Source: Carpediemonas membranifera BICM
Lineage: Eukaryota > Protista > Fornicata
Length of the DNA stretch: 64,000 nt
Assembly (NCBI GenBank): GCA_019828565.1
Contig: JAHDYR010000048.1
Span: 4,200 to 68,199, forward strand
Direction of reading: 5' to 3'
In this document: positions 1 through 9,553 of the stretch, piece by piece
How positions within the stretch are numbered: position 1 is the stretch's first letter
Layout: every line of letters begins with the position of its first letter
Notes under the pieces: model-generated
Databases searched by the model: none
The model's input: the letters and a program-made list of their open reading frames with translations, nothing else
Told to the model about the DNA's origin: nothing
Program-made: the position numbers and the translations under genes

Positions 1-86
1 GGGCCTCTAGACTGGCCAGGGCGCCTACTATGCAGTTTTAGCCATGCGCAAAAAAAGCTAAACACGACGAAAGTAGCTGCAACCTA

Positions 87-1805
87 ATGCCGTGGGCAGA
101 TCTCACCACTTCATGGGTAGATGCCTACTCTCAGATCATAAGCATCATTAACAAGGACACCGAGGAGACGCAGTACAACTCGTTCATCCTTGACAACCAC
201 ACTGCGCAGAGCCTCTCCATCTGTGTCTCACAGACTGAGATTCTCAAGGACTCTGTGTTCAGCAGCTATCACATCGACAAGATCCCTCAGGAAGACCTTA
301 TTCATCTCCGTGCCATCGTTTTGATTCGCCCCACGCCCGAGAACCTCACACTCCTTCGCGGTGAGCTCACGAATCCGAAGTTCAAGGACTACTTCATCTT
401 CTTCACCAACAGAGTGCCTGGGGAAGAGTACCTTGAGCGCCTGGCTCACGCTGACACGAAGGAGCTCGTCCGCTATGTCGGCGAGGTATACATCGACTTC
501 ATGCCAGTCAACGACACTCTTTTCGACCTCGCAGTGCACCAGAAGAAGCTCAAGTACGATGGAGACGACCTCAAGGACATTGCTGAGCGCCTCTCCTCCG
601 TTCTGATCGCACAGGGAAGGCGCCCTGTTATCCACTACATCGATGCGTGCGAACAGACCAAGCGTCTCGCAGTCCGGCTCGACTCCATCTTCCAGAGCCT
701 TAAACTGCCCGACTCTGTTACTCTGCGACCATGCAACCTTGTCCTTGTTGACCGAGCCGAGGACCCCCTCACGCCGCTCACGGTGAACTGGACGTTCCAA
801 GCTCTTGTCCACGAGGTGTGCACAGTCAGCGCCGGCCGGGCTATGAATGTTGCCAAGGAAGGAGAGCCCGTGGAGGCGGTGCCCTTTGCCTGGACGATGG
901 ATGAGTATGCCAAGCTCGCGTTTCAGGACTACGGTGAGGCCAGTCGGATGATTGGGCAGATGTGTCGCACAAAGATCGACAACAGGCAGAGTGTGATGCA
1001 GCTCCAGGGGGCCGACCTGAGCGCTTATCGTAACTTTATCGACAAGATGCCGGAAACTCTTCGCTACGAGACTGCCGTCGATAACTACTTTAAGGTGCAC
1101 GGCGCTCTCAACCCCGCGTTCAAGAAGAAATCGATGTATGAATGGAGTAGGTGGCAGCAAGACGTCCTGACTGGCGCCATGAAAGCCGGCTCAGCCACAG
1201 CCTCGTTCATCGCGAAACTCAACCCGGCCACTGAGGATAACTTGGAGATGGCACTCAAGGCGGCTGCCCTGTTTGCTGTGAAGTTCCAGAAGGGCGAAAG
1301 TGAGCCTCCACTCAAGGATGTGACCAAGCTCATGCGAGAGCTGTGCAACAGCGGTGTCAGTATCAGAGAGCTTGACTTCATCAGTAAGGCATTCAACTAC
1401 GGGCAGAATAAGAACCGATTCCTAACGGGTGGCAAGAACTCACAACCCGTGTACCCGCCAGGCATGGTTGACAACGAGTTGATGAAGGCACCACCACTTC
1501 TTACTAAGCTCATGCAAGCCCTCGCCAGACACCAACAAGGCGACGTCCAGTGGATAAGAGGCAAGGGCGGGGCTGGCTTCTTCCAGACAATTAGGGATGA
1601 AGACACTGTCGACGGAGATGCATGTATCTTCATCCTAGGCGGCGTGACGTTCGCTGAGGCGGCGACGGCGAGGCTGTTTAACAGACAGCTGGGGTCGAGA
1701 CTCATGATTGGCGGTAATGTCGTGCATAACACTGACAGCTTCTGTGCCGCTCTGTCGCAGCTGCCAAACTCGGAAGCAGTGCACGTAGGGGAGTTGTTGG
1801 GATGA
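87..1805 (+). CDS. VPS45: Sec1/Munc18 (SM) family vesicle-trafficking protein, Vps45-like
   Basis: 572-aa ORF. Motifs HLRAIVLIRPTPENL..ELTNPKFKDYFIFFTN, LERLAHAD..E.V..VGEVYIDF, DRAEDPLTPL..WTFQALVHE and ILGGVTFAEA match Vps45. Confidence 0.8.
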   Translation: MPWADLTTSWVDAYSQIISIINKDTEETQYNSFILDNHTAQSLSICVSQTEILKDSVFSSYHIDKIPQEDLIHLRAIVLIRPTPENLTLLRGELTNPKFKDYFIFFTNRVPGEEYLERLAHADTKELVRYVGEVYIDFMPVNDTLFDLAVHQKKLKYDGDDLKDIAERLSSVLIAQGRRPVIHYIDACEQTKRLAVRLDSIFQSLKLPDSVTLRPCNLVLVDRAEDPLTPLTVNWTFQALVHEVCTVSAGRAMNVAKEGEPVEAVPFAWTMDEYAKLAFQDYGEASRMIGQMCRTKIDNRQSVMQLQGADLSAYRNFIDKMPETLRYETAVDNYFKVHGALNPAFKKKSMYEWSRWQQDVLTGAMKAGSATASFIAKLNPATEDNLEMALKAAALFAVKFQKGESEPPLKDVTKLMRELCNSGVSIRELDFISKAFNYGQNKNRFLTGGKNSQPVYPPGMVDNELMKAPPLLTKLMQALARHQQGDVQWIRGKGGAGFFQTIRDEDTVDGDACIFILGGVTFAEAATARLFNRQLGSRLMIGGNVVHNTDSFCAALSQLPNSEAVHVGELLG

Positions 1806-2408
1806 GTAAAGGATATGCTCGGTTGGTGTTGTCGATGGCTGACGGCGGCGCAGTGTGGTTTTTGAAGGAGTCCACACCGAATTGCGCAGTATATATTTTA
1901 AAGCTACCGGGCACTCCTCCCCAAGTGTCCGGCCCCGACATGAGGCTGTCCCGGCACCCAAGATAAACGCTGACCCGCGATGATTGTACAATCCGCACTG
2001 TTGCGCAGTATAAAGTCTGGCTCGGCACGTTCATCCAGCCGAAGAAAGACCAATACGCTGACTACGATGCCATCGTTGTCACACTCAGTCACTCCAACCG
2101 GCAACCACAACACCACGCGAGTCGCCAGCCCGTGACCTAGTTGTGGGGGGACAAGAGATGTGCAATCACGGACATAGAGAGCTTCTCTGACCGCCAAGCT
2201 CTGTCAGTTCTCGCGATCGCACTAGTGGGCTGGCCCTTGAAAAAAGGCATTCGAGCTCCGCAAGGCACACCGCTTCCTCCACCTAGCCACGTCCGTAATT
2301 AACCCCACATCTCCCCCTCCCACCGCCGCCACTCAGCGGAGCCAACGTGGAAGCGCCTTGGCTTAATTACATCTTATTACATCGCACACTTGCCATAAAA
2401 TGCACCAT

Positions 2409-4060
2409 TTACTGATCCTTCGAGAGGGCGCGCCCGGCCTTCAGCACCTCATCCACGAGCAGGAGCTGGGATGAGATCACAGCGGCGGACTGCACAAGCT
2501 GTACCTTCACGTTATAGTTGTCAACAACGCCCATCTCAACCGGGTTCATCGGCTTCCCGGTCTCGAGGTTGAGCCCAACGTGCACGGGCTTGCCGTCCTT
2601 GGTGCCGTCGCCGTAAGCCTCGAGGAGAGCGATCGTAGTCTCCTGGATGCCAAACCCAGCGTTCTTCGCTAGGGTCTTGGGAAGAACGAGTAGCGTGTCA
2701 GCAAAGACCTGCACGCCGACCTTCATGGGGCCCTCGACCTTCTTGTACTCGCGCATGAGGTGGTTGTGCATCTCCACCTCGATACCACCGGCACCTGCGA
2801 CAATGCAGCCGTCGGTGATGGCGTTCTTGACGGCACGGAGACCGTCGCGGACGGCATCCTTGATCTGGACAATCGTGTGCTTGTTAGGACCCTTGATGAG
2901 GATCGTGCAGCTGTGGGGGTCGTGGACCTCGTCAATGAAGGTGAACTTATCGTCGCCGAGCTCCTCTTCCCATACGCTCCCCGCAAACCCGAGAACATCA
3001 GCGCTGAGGTCATCGAGGGAGTTAACTGCCTGGCCACCACAGGCGAGCTTGATGCGCTCCATGTTACGGCGCTTGGCGCGGCGGAGGGCCACGATGCCGT
3101 TGTCGGTGAGAGCAGACAGAGAGGGGCCGTCAATGCCCTTCTGGTTGATCACCATGAAGGATTCCTCGCTGTCGCCGATCACCTGCTTCTTGAGCTCGAT
3201 AATCTTGTTGACGCGCTCCTCGACGAATTGGCGCTCAGCAGCAGCAAGCTGGGCGCGCTGCTCGGGGTTGTTGTACGTCATGGTAGAGCTGTCCTCTGTC
3301 TTTTCGTATTCAAGAGAGACATTCATCGTCAAAATGTGAACGTTCTTCGACTTGGCTGAGCGGCCGGCCGTTCGGCTTCCGTGGTCGAGCACGAGGCCCC
3401 TGATGAGCTGGGTATCCATGTCACGGCCAGAAGGCATCGCCATGATCTCAACCATGTGAAGATCAATGGCCTTTCCCTCCTGGTGGATGGTCATGACAGC
3501 GTTGGTGACAATGTCGGCAAGGCTGTCGGCGAGACGGGGATGCAGCTTCGTGCGGAGGCTGGTGCGGGCAACCTTGATGAGCTCGTCGTAGATGGGCTCA
3601 ATCGGGATCTTGCAGGTCTTGATGAACTGAAGAACACTGTTCTTGGCGTGCTCAATGCCGTCCGTGATCACACGGGGGTGGGTGCCTTCGCGGAGGATGT
3701 AAGCCTCAGCCTGGTTAAGCACCTCGCTGATAAGAAGAATCGCAGCAGTTGTACCATCGCCAGCGATGTCGTCCTGAGCGGTTGCGGTACGCGCAATCAG
3801 AGACGCGGTGGGATGCTGAATCTGCATCTCGGAGAGAAGAGTGGCGCCATCCTTGGTAATCTTGATGTCACCAGCACCGGAAACAAGCATTTTCTGGGTT
3901 CCAGCGGGTCCGTAGTCTGGGTTAAAGGGCTGTGGAATAACAAACTGGAGCGAAGCACGTCGGAAAGGCCACGAGCGGCCATCATGTTAAAAGCAAGAGT
4001 ATGTCCGCGGCGTACAATTTCCGCTTTGGGGTTAATGCTCTGCAAGGCTCCTGAACTCAT
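2409..4060 (-). CDS. CCT6: T-complex protein 1 zeta subunit (CCT6), 2 exons: 4060-3946, 3916-2409
   Basis: KMLVSGAGDIKITKDG, QIQHPTASLIA, GDGTT, LRRAKRRNMER and QIKDAVRDGLRAVKN. Removing a 29-nt intron joins MSSGALQSINPKAE...DVLRS to NYGPAGTQKM. Confidence 0.95.
3917..3945 (-). other. spliceosomal intron (29 nt) in CCT6
   Basis: GTTTGT...TTTAACCCAG; removal restores the conserved SNYGP frame. Confidence 0.9.
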
Positions 4061-4425
4061 TGGGCTGCAATTCTGCACGAATTTTCACGAAAAAATTATG
4101 CAGACATTTCGCCCTTGTACAGGCGAAGGAGATGACATGCAGAGATCTCGGCGTCAAATACATCTAACTAGACCATGCTCTGACTCGCCTGTAAGTAGTT
4201 TTTATATTCCGGCACGTCCACACTGAGGCCGAATGCCAGGATTGATCCGCGAGACGGCCTGCTTATCTTGCCAGCAGTTTCACTGGTGCCCAGAGACACG
4301 CCTGGATCACAGTTTGGCCGACTCTAGAGGAGCAACGCTCGTCCTCCAATCCTCTGAGCAACAGGAAAGTGCAGGCAAGTTTACTCGGGGCAGCAATGAA
4401 AGAAACGACCATCAACTCATCACCC

Positions 4426-4739
4426 TCATACTCCAAAGGGGGCTACGAAGTCGAGGGGGGACGATACGCCGGCCCGCTCTCTTGCGATGGTGGTGTAGCC
4501 AACGGTGAAGCGCTCAACGAAGTTCTTGATCTCTGTATAAATGAGAAAAGGGTTGAATGGGGATACTAACGCTTCTTTTCCCTGTCTGAGAGCGTCGGTT
4601 TGTTCAAATTGACGTACTTCAGGAAAGCACGGTCAGTAACAGTCTGAACATACTCCTGGAAGAACTGGCGCTTCATCTCAGCAGAGAGACGCTCTACTTC
4701 CTTGCGTTCCTTCTGTACGCGCGTTGGGAGGAACTTCAT
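4426..4739 (-). CDS. small Tim (Tim8/Tim13-like) chaperone lacking cysteines, ~91 aa, 2 exons: 4739-4571, 4532-4426
   Basis: Spliced product MKFLPTRVQKERKEVERLSAEMKRQFFQEYVQTVTDRAFLKYVNLNKPTLSDREKKQIKNFVERFTVGYTTIARERAGVSSPLDFVAPFGV aligns by eye to the small-Tim pattern TDxCFxKC...LS..E..C..NCVERF. Intron 4570-4533 is GTTAGT...TTTATACAG. Confidence 0.7.
4533..4570 (-). other. spliceosomal intron (38 nt) in small-Tim-like gene
   Basis: GTTAGT...ATACAG, contains an in-frame stop; removal extends the small-Tim alignment. Confidence 0.75.
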
Positions 4740-5201
4740 ATTGATGATGACGGCGGAGGACGCACGGAGAGTCGGCTCAAGTCTTGCCAAGGAACGCCTT
4801 GTGTTCAGGAGCTAGGCACGGTCATGGATAGACGTCTTGGCTTGGACTGTCTCCCGCCGCACCCCAACACGGCCATTGAAGACAGGCATCACACCCGCCC
4901 GACATCCACAGCGACAGAGAAGTCCATGCGGTCCCGGGGCCACGTGCAAGTCCCAGACTCGTGGTCAGTGAAGACCCTATGACACAGGGTCACAGTGACT
5001 GACACCTGTGTAACTGCCACAAGCCATCCGATTCAACCACAAAGACGACGACCCGTCCTTATCCTGCACAAACACAGACGGACTGCGTCTCCCATCTCCT
5101 GCATCATTGGAGACCTTATGATCGCCACAGACCTTGCCAGTTATTGAGGTTCGACCGCAAAACTGCGCAGACTTTGTATCGCGTTATATCGAAAGTTCAC
5201 A

Positions 5202-5954
5202 ATGACCATCAAGTATTTCAGTTTTGACGTGGAATGTGCCGCAACTGGCCCTGGCCACAATGATAGAGAGGCCTGCTCTGTATCTCTTGTCGATTTCGAC
5301 GGCAAGACGCTGTTTTCAACTGCGATTAACATCGAAAGCACCATTCTCTCTCCGCTAACGCCCATTACGGGCATGACAGAGGACGATATCAAGAAAGGCA
5401 TCTCCTTCGACGATGCCAAGGAGAAGCTTGTCTCTTTTCTCGGACCCAACGCCGTCGTCGTCGGTCAAAGTATTGGAAACGATCTAGCGTACATGAAGCT
5501 GACCCAGGGCATCGACTACCACAGTGCCATCGACATTGCCGAGGGATTCCAGATCCGCAACAAAAAGTACAACAATTTCGACCATTTCAGCCTTGCCAAG
5601 GAGGTATATGCGGCGTACGGAGTGGTTATGCATGTCGCTGGTCACACTCACGACCCTGACGAGGATGCCAGATACAGCATCCGTCTCTACCGCGACTACC
5701 TCCATGGAAGCAAGAAGCGGAACAGCCCGCAGACAAGAGCACTCAGGAGAAAGATGCAGCTCCACAACTGGCAGAAAACCTGGCCTGAAGAGCTGTCCAC
5801 GCCCTGGGCTGGTGTCGAGGGCGTCTGCTCGTTCAAGTTCAATCCTTCCAAGTGTAGGTGCGGTCAGCCCTGCATCTACGAGAACGGCCTGATGACCCAT
5901 GATGAGTGGGAGGAGCGTCGTGTCGCTCGGGAGCTTGCTAATGCCGAGATTTGA
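5202..5954 (+). CDS. DEDDh 3'-5' RNA exonuclease (REX4/ISG20-like) with Cys-rich C-terminal tail
   Basis: FDVEC (ExoI), VGQSIGNDL (ExoII), HDPDEDA (ExoIII); tail CSFKFNPSKCRCGQPC. Confidence 0.85.
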   Translation: MTIKYFSFDVECAATGPGHNDREACSVSLVDFDGKTLFSTAINIESTILSPLTPITGMTEDDIKKGISFDDAKEKLVSFLGPNAVVVGQSIGNDLAYMKLTQGIDYHSAIDIAEGFQIRNKKYNNFDHFSLAKEVYAAYGVVMHVAGHTHDPDEDARYSIRLYRDYLHGSKKRNSPQTRALRRKMQLHNWQKTWPEELSTPWAGVEGVCSFKFNPSKCRCGQPCIYENGLMTHDEWEERRVARELANAEI

Positions 5955-7415
5955 TAAACCTGCTAGGGTTGGGTGGCAAGGCTGGCAGACCAGTGGGCGT
6001 CATTGTAAAGTCTGGTGTAAATTAGAGCATCCAGCCAGCATAAAGACGTTCTTTACATACACGACACCTAGTTCTTCCCCTTCCGCTTCCTCGGCTTGCT
6101 GCTACCGCCCTTCTTCTTGCCCTTGTCAGCCTTGGTCTCCTGTGCGGCAGGCTCGAAGCTGAGGTCAGCCCCCTCATCTTCCTCGGTCACCTTGAGGTCC
6201 TCCTCGTGTGTCTTCATATAAACCTTGGTCTTCACGATGGATGTCTTGACCATCTTGGCGAAGGCATCGAGGTCGACCTTGTGAGGTATGATCTTGGCCT
6301 TCTCAACGGCGCCGTTGTCGCCCAAGTCAAAGCCGGCGTTGAGTGCGATCTTCACGACCACGTTGTCAACTCGCGCTATGACTGCCCAGCGGCAGAATGT
6401 CTCAGGCTTCTTCGGGTCGGCCTTGTTCCTAACCTTCTTAAGCAGAGCGGACATGCCGGCGTTGCGGTGGCCGATGGTGAACTCACCGCGGCAGACGGCG
6501 GCCCAGGACGCGCCAAGGTCCCGGAGAGCGGGCGGCACGGCGTTGCTGGAGAGACAGATGAGGTCATGGTCCCTAAGATGGTCAAGGGCGCCCGAGATGA
6601 AGCGCTGGGCCCCCTTCTTTGAGGAAAACGCCCAGCGACCGTCAAAGATGCGCTGGACGCTCGAAGAGATGCCTGCGGCCCACACAGCCTGGCCAACATA
6701 CACTGGGCGATACTTCTTGCTCACCTTAGAGTCGGGGTCAGCGCCGGGGGTGTCGTCGAGCACGAGGTTGGCGATCTGGGGCACGTCGTTCATGCCGAGG
6801 AACATGTTGGACCGTGACTCCGCGGGCAGAGTGAGATTGACTTCAACAGAGTCGTGCAGTTTTGGGGCATCTGGGTTGGGGTCGTTGGAGACGTCGTCGG
6901 CGTCCTCCTCGGCCTCGTCGTTGACCGGGAGCTGGAAGGAGATGGTCTCGCCGGCCTCTGTTTCGATACGCTGCAGTGCCTCGAAGAATTCCTTGGCGGG
7001 CAGCTTATCGAGCTTGGCCGCGTCCGCGAGGTCGAGCTTGCGCTGGGCGATCTCCTTGCGTCTGAGCCACTCTGCGAGGTTAGCCTCGTCTCTCTTCGCC
7101 TTGATGTCAGCGGCGGCCTTCTCATCGACAGCTCCGCCCTTCTTCTCGGGGTAGGCGTTGACTGGCATCGTCTCGGGCTCCTGGTCGGGCAGGAGGTAGC
7201 CAACCTCGACGGCCCTGGCGCCCTTAGCGTCCTCGACGTTGACTAGCTGCAGCTGGAGGTCGCGCCACTCCTTATAAATTGGCCCGACCGCCAGAGTGCC
7301 GTCAGCGACCTGCTTGGCGAGGTCGGCGGGGTTATAGTGTAGAGGGTTCTTCACGATCTTGCTGCCCTTGCTGATGACGCCCTTGCTCGCCTTCTTCATC
7401 TTTGTCAGTGCCGAC
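5882..7415. repeat. direct repeat copy 1 (1534 bp) of 11927-13459
   Basis: Matches 11927-13459 except for a 1-nt difference in a C run (C5 here, C4 in copy 2). Covers the exonuclease 3' end and the 3' part of the RING gene. Confidence 0.95.
6068..7415 (-). pseudogene. 5'-truncated duplicate of the RING-finger gene at 12067-14424 (carries the intact C-terminus ...KRKGKN)
   Basis: Translation is identical to the C-terminal ~420 aa of the 785-aa ORF; homology stops abruptly at 7415. Confidence 0.8.
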
Positions 7416-7492
7416 TCCGCTTGCCGGCTGACTCTCGCGATCAGTCCCGATCGCGGCCCAGTCGAGCGAATGTGCACTTTTGCTCACAATTG

Positions 7493-9297
7493 ATGTTTCA
7501 CTGTAAGAGTTACACCACCGGGTCCACCACTACGAATGCAGCAGACTATGCTAAACCACAGTACTACCGCCAGCATACTTCGATCTGGAAACAACCCAAT
7601 GAGAAGCTCTGCAAATACAACCTTTCGAAGGGCGAACAACAGTACAAGAACGAGAACGACTTTGTTGCATCCATTCCCACACGCTGTTTTGCTGGTGAGG
7701 ACGTTATCGCCTGGTCTTACGCCCCTTCCTCCGGGAAAACATCACTCGCACTCCTCACAACAGAGGACACGCTCAAGACTTCGCTGTTGAACGCAACTGA
7801 AGACGTTAAGACGAAGCTTAAGCAGCAGATTGGCCCTAAAGTAGCTGATCGCTTTACAGATGACCGGTTGCTCAGCCATCTCTCCACCGTGTTCGAGCCC
7901 TTCAGCAAGGCATTGCTGCACCATACCGCTCAGCCCGACGCCGTCGTGTTTGTTTACCTCCCCGAGCACGATTTCGGCTTCGTCGAGCTGTTGTTTGAGG
8001 CGAAGCGCGCTGGTAATGTTCTTAATGCAACAGGGCAGGCCTTTGTATACGCCGAGACTCTCCGCCTAACAGTCATGCACGTGGTGCAGAAGAGGTTTGG
8101 CAGCGCGGATTGCTCAAAGGTCCCCGCTGTTCTCGTGGAGCGTTTCCCCGTCATCTCTTTGAGTTCCGCGCACGGCGTTGTGGGTCACCTGACGCCAGTT
8201 GGCGAGTTTGGCGTGTTCGCAGGCCCGTTCCCCGATGGTTACAACTGGACGTGGACGTGTGATAATTCTGCGGAACTGAACGTCGAACAGTTCGTCGAGA
8301 TGCAATGGAGCTACGTCATCGCTACTGCACGCACGCTTAACACTCAGCTGTGTGATACCGCCTCCTGGAAGCTGTTCTTCCCAACCAAGTTCTGTCCACA
8401 GGGCTGTGCAAAGGAGTGTGCGCGGATGGTCACCACCTCTAACTCATTCCTGTACTTCTACGAGGATGGCGACCATAACAAGCTGCTGGCCAAGTTCGAC
8501 CGCCACAGCCTTGGGCGCGCTGACCCCTCGTCACACTTCATGAGCAACCTTGCCCTATTTTCTATGTTCCGTAAGATCATGGACCATGTATATTGCGAGT
8601 GCTCAAGTGAACCAGTGGGAGACGTGAGGGAGAAGCCCCCCAGATTGTGTCCATACGCCCAGGTGCGCGGCATTGGAACCAGGTCACGCCCATCTCCGAA
8701 GATTCGCTCTCCTATTCACTCCAGCGTGATCTGACGTCGACTCACCGCTTTGACATCACCGCTCTGATCGGCGCGATCTCTTCCCACCCCAAGCTGTTCG
8801 TCCAAAACATGATCCAACAGCTCTGCAACATTTACTGTGATGATGTCTCTGGCATCTGTTCCACGATTCTTCATCGCGACGCACGTCTCTGCAACATCTG
8901 CGTCATCAACAAGCTGCCCGATGCTGACTTTACTTTCGCCCCCGACGCCGAGAAAGGGGACGTTGCGTTCCGCCTGATTGACTGGGAGTGGATGCAAGTG
9001 TTTGATGGCTTTCGCCTTGTCGATGGGGATGCAGAACAAGCCCGCCGATCCCCCAACAACGTCGACCATGTAACCTCCACTAGTTGCCAGCTGGCCCAGC
9101 TGATCGGCAGCATGGAGCATTACAATCATGTGAACAAGGTGGTAGGGATGGACAACGCTTTGACGTTGCTGGAGTCGTTGCAAGAGACCGTGACGACATT
9201 AGGTGAGACGATAAGAAAGGCAAGCTACGAAGAGAGACTCGCGAAGTTTACTTCGCACATTGACCAGTGGAGTGAGCAGAATCTGGCGAGAGAGTAA
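7493..9297 (+). CDS. PD-(D/E)xK restriction-endonuclease-like domain + protein-kinase-like domain (Crinkler/CR-effector-like); frameshift in C6 run at ~8636-8641
   Basis: QPDAVVF...LFEAKR...ATGQAFVY is a PD..ExK..Q..Y motif. LLAKF, ILHRDARLCNIC (HRD loop) and FRLIDWE (DFG position) follow. The two ORFs (7421-8734, 8647-9297) join if one C is added. Confidence 0.6.
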
Positions 9298-9553
9298 AAG
9301 GGACCGATGACCCGGGATTGTAACTGGCCCACGAGTCGAACGGAGTCTCTCACTCTGTGAGAGGCCCGCGACGTCGACTTCCGAACTTCATAAGTGACGA
9401 TTCAACGATGCAACACGCTGGCAAATGCATGTATTGCCGAGTGTATGCTGACCCGATAAGCCTCACACTTCCTGTTCCTCCCTTCAAACCGCATGAGCTC
9501 AGCCACTCAAAAACAAAATTTTAAGATGAAACTGTCCGAACCCCATAAACCAC

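Noticed and set aside
1806-2408. Small ORFs and a twice-occurring TTGCGCAGTATA in the VPS45-CCT6 spacer
   Set aside because: No recognisable protein or RNA motif, and the fragments are interrupted by stops.
8624-8643. 20-nt GT..AG segment that would also repair the REase-kinase frameshift
   Set aside because: It is purine-rich, has no branch-point motif and is shorter than all other introns here; a homopolymer indel is simpler.
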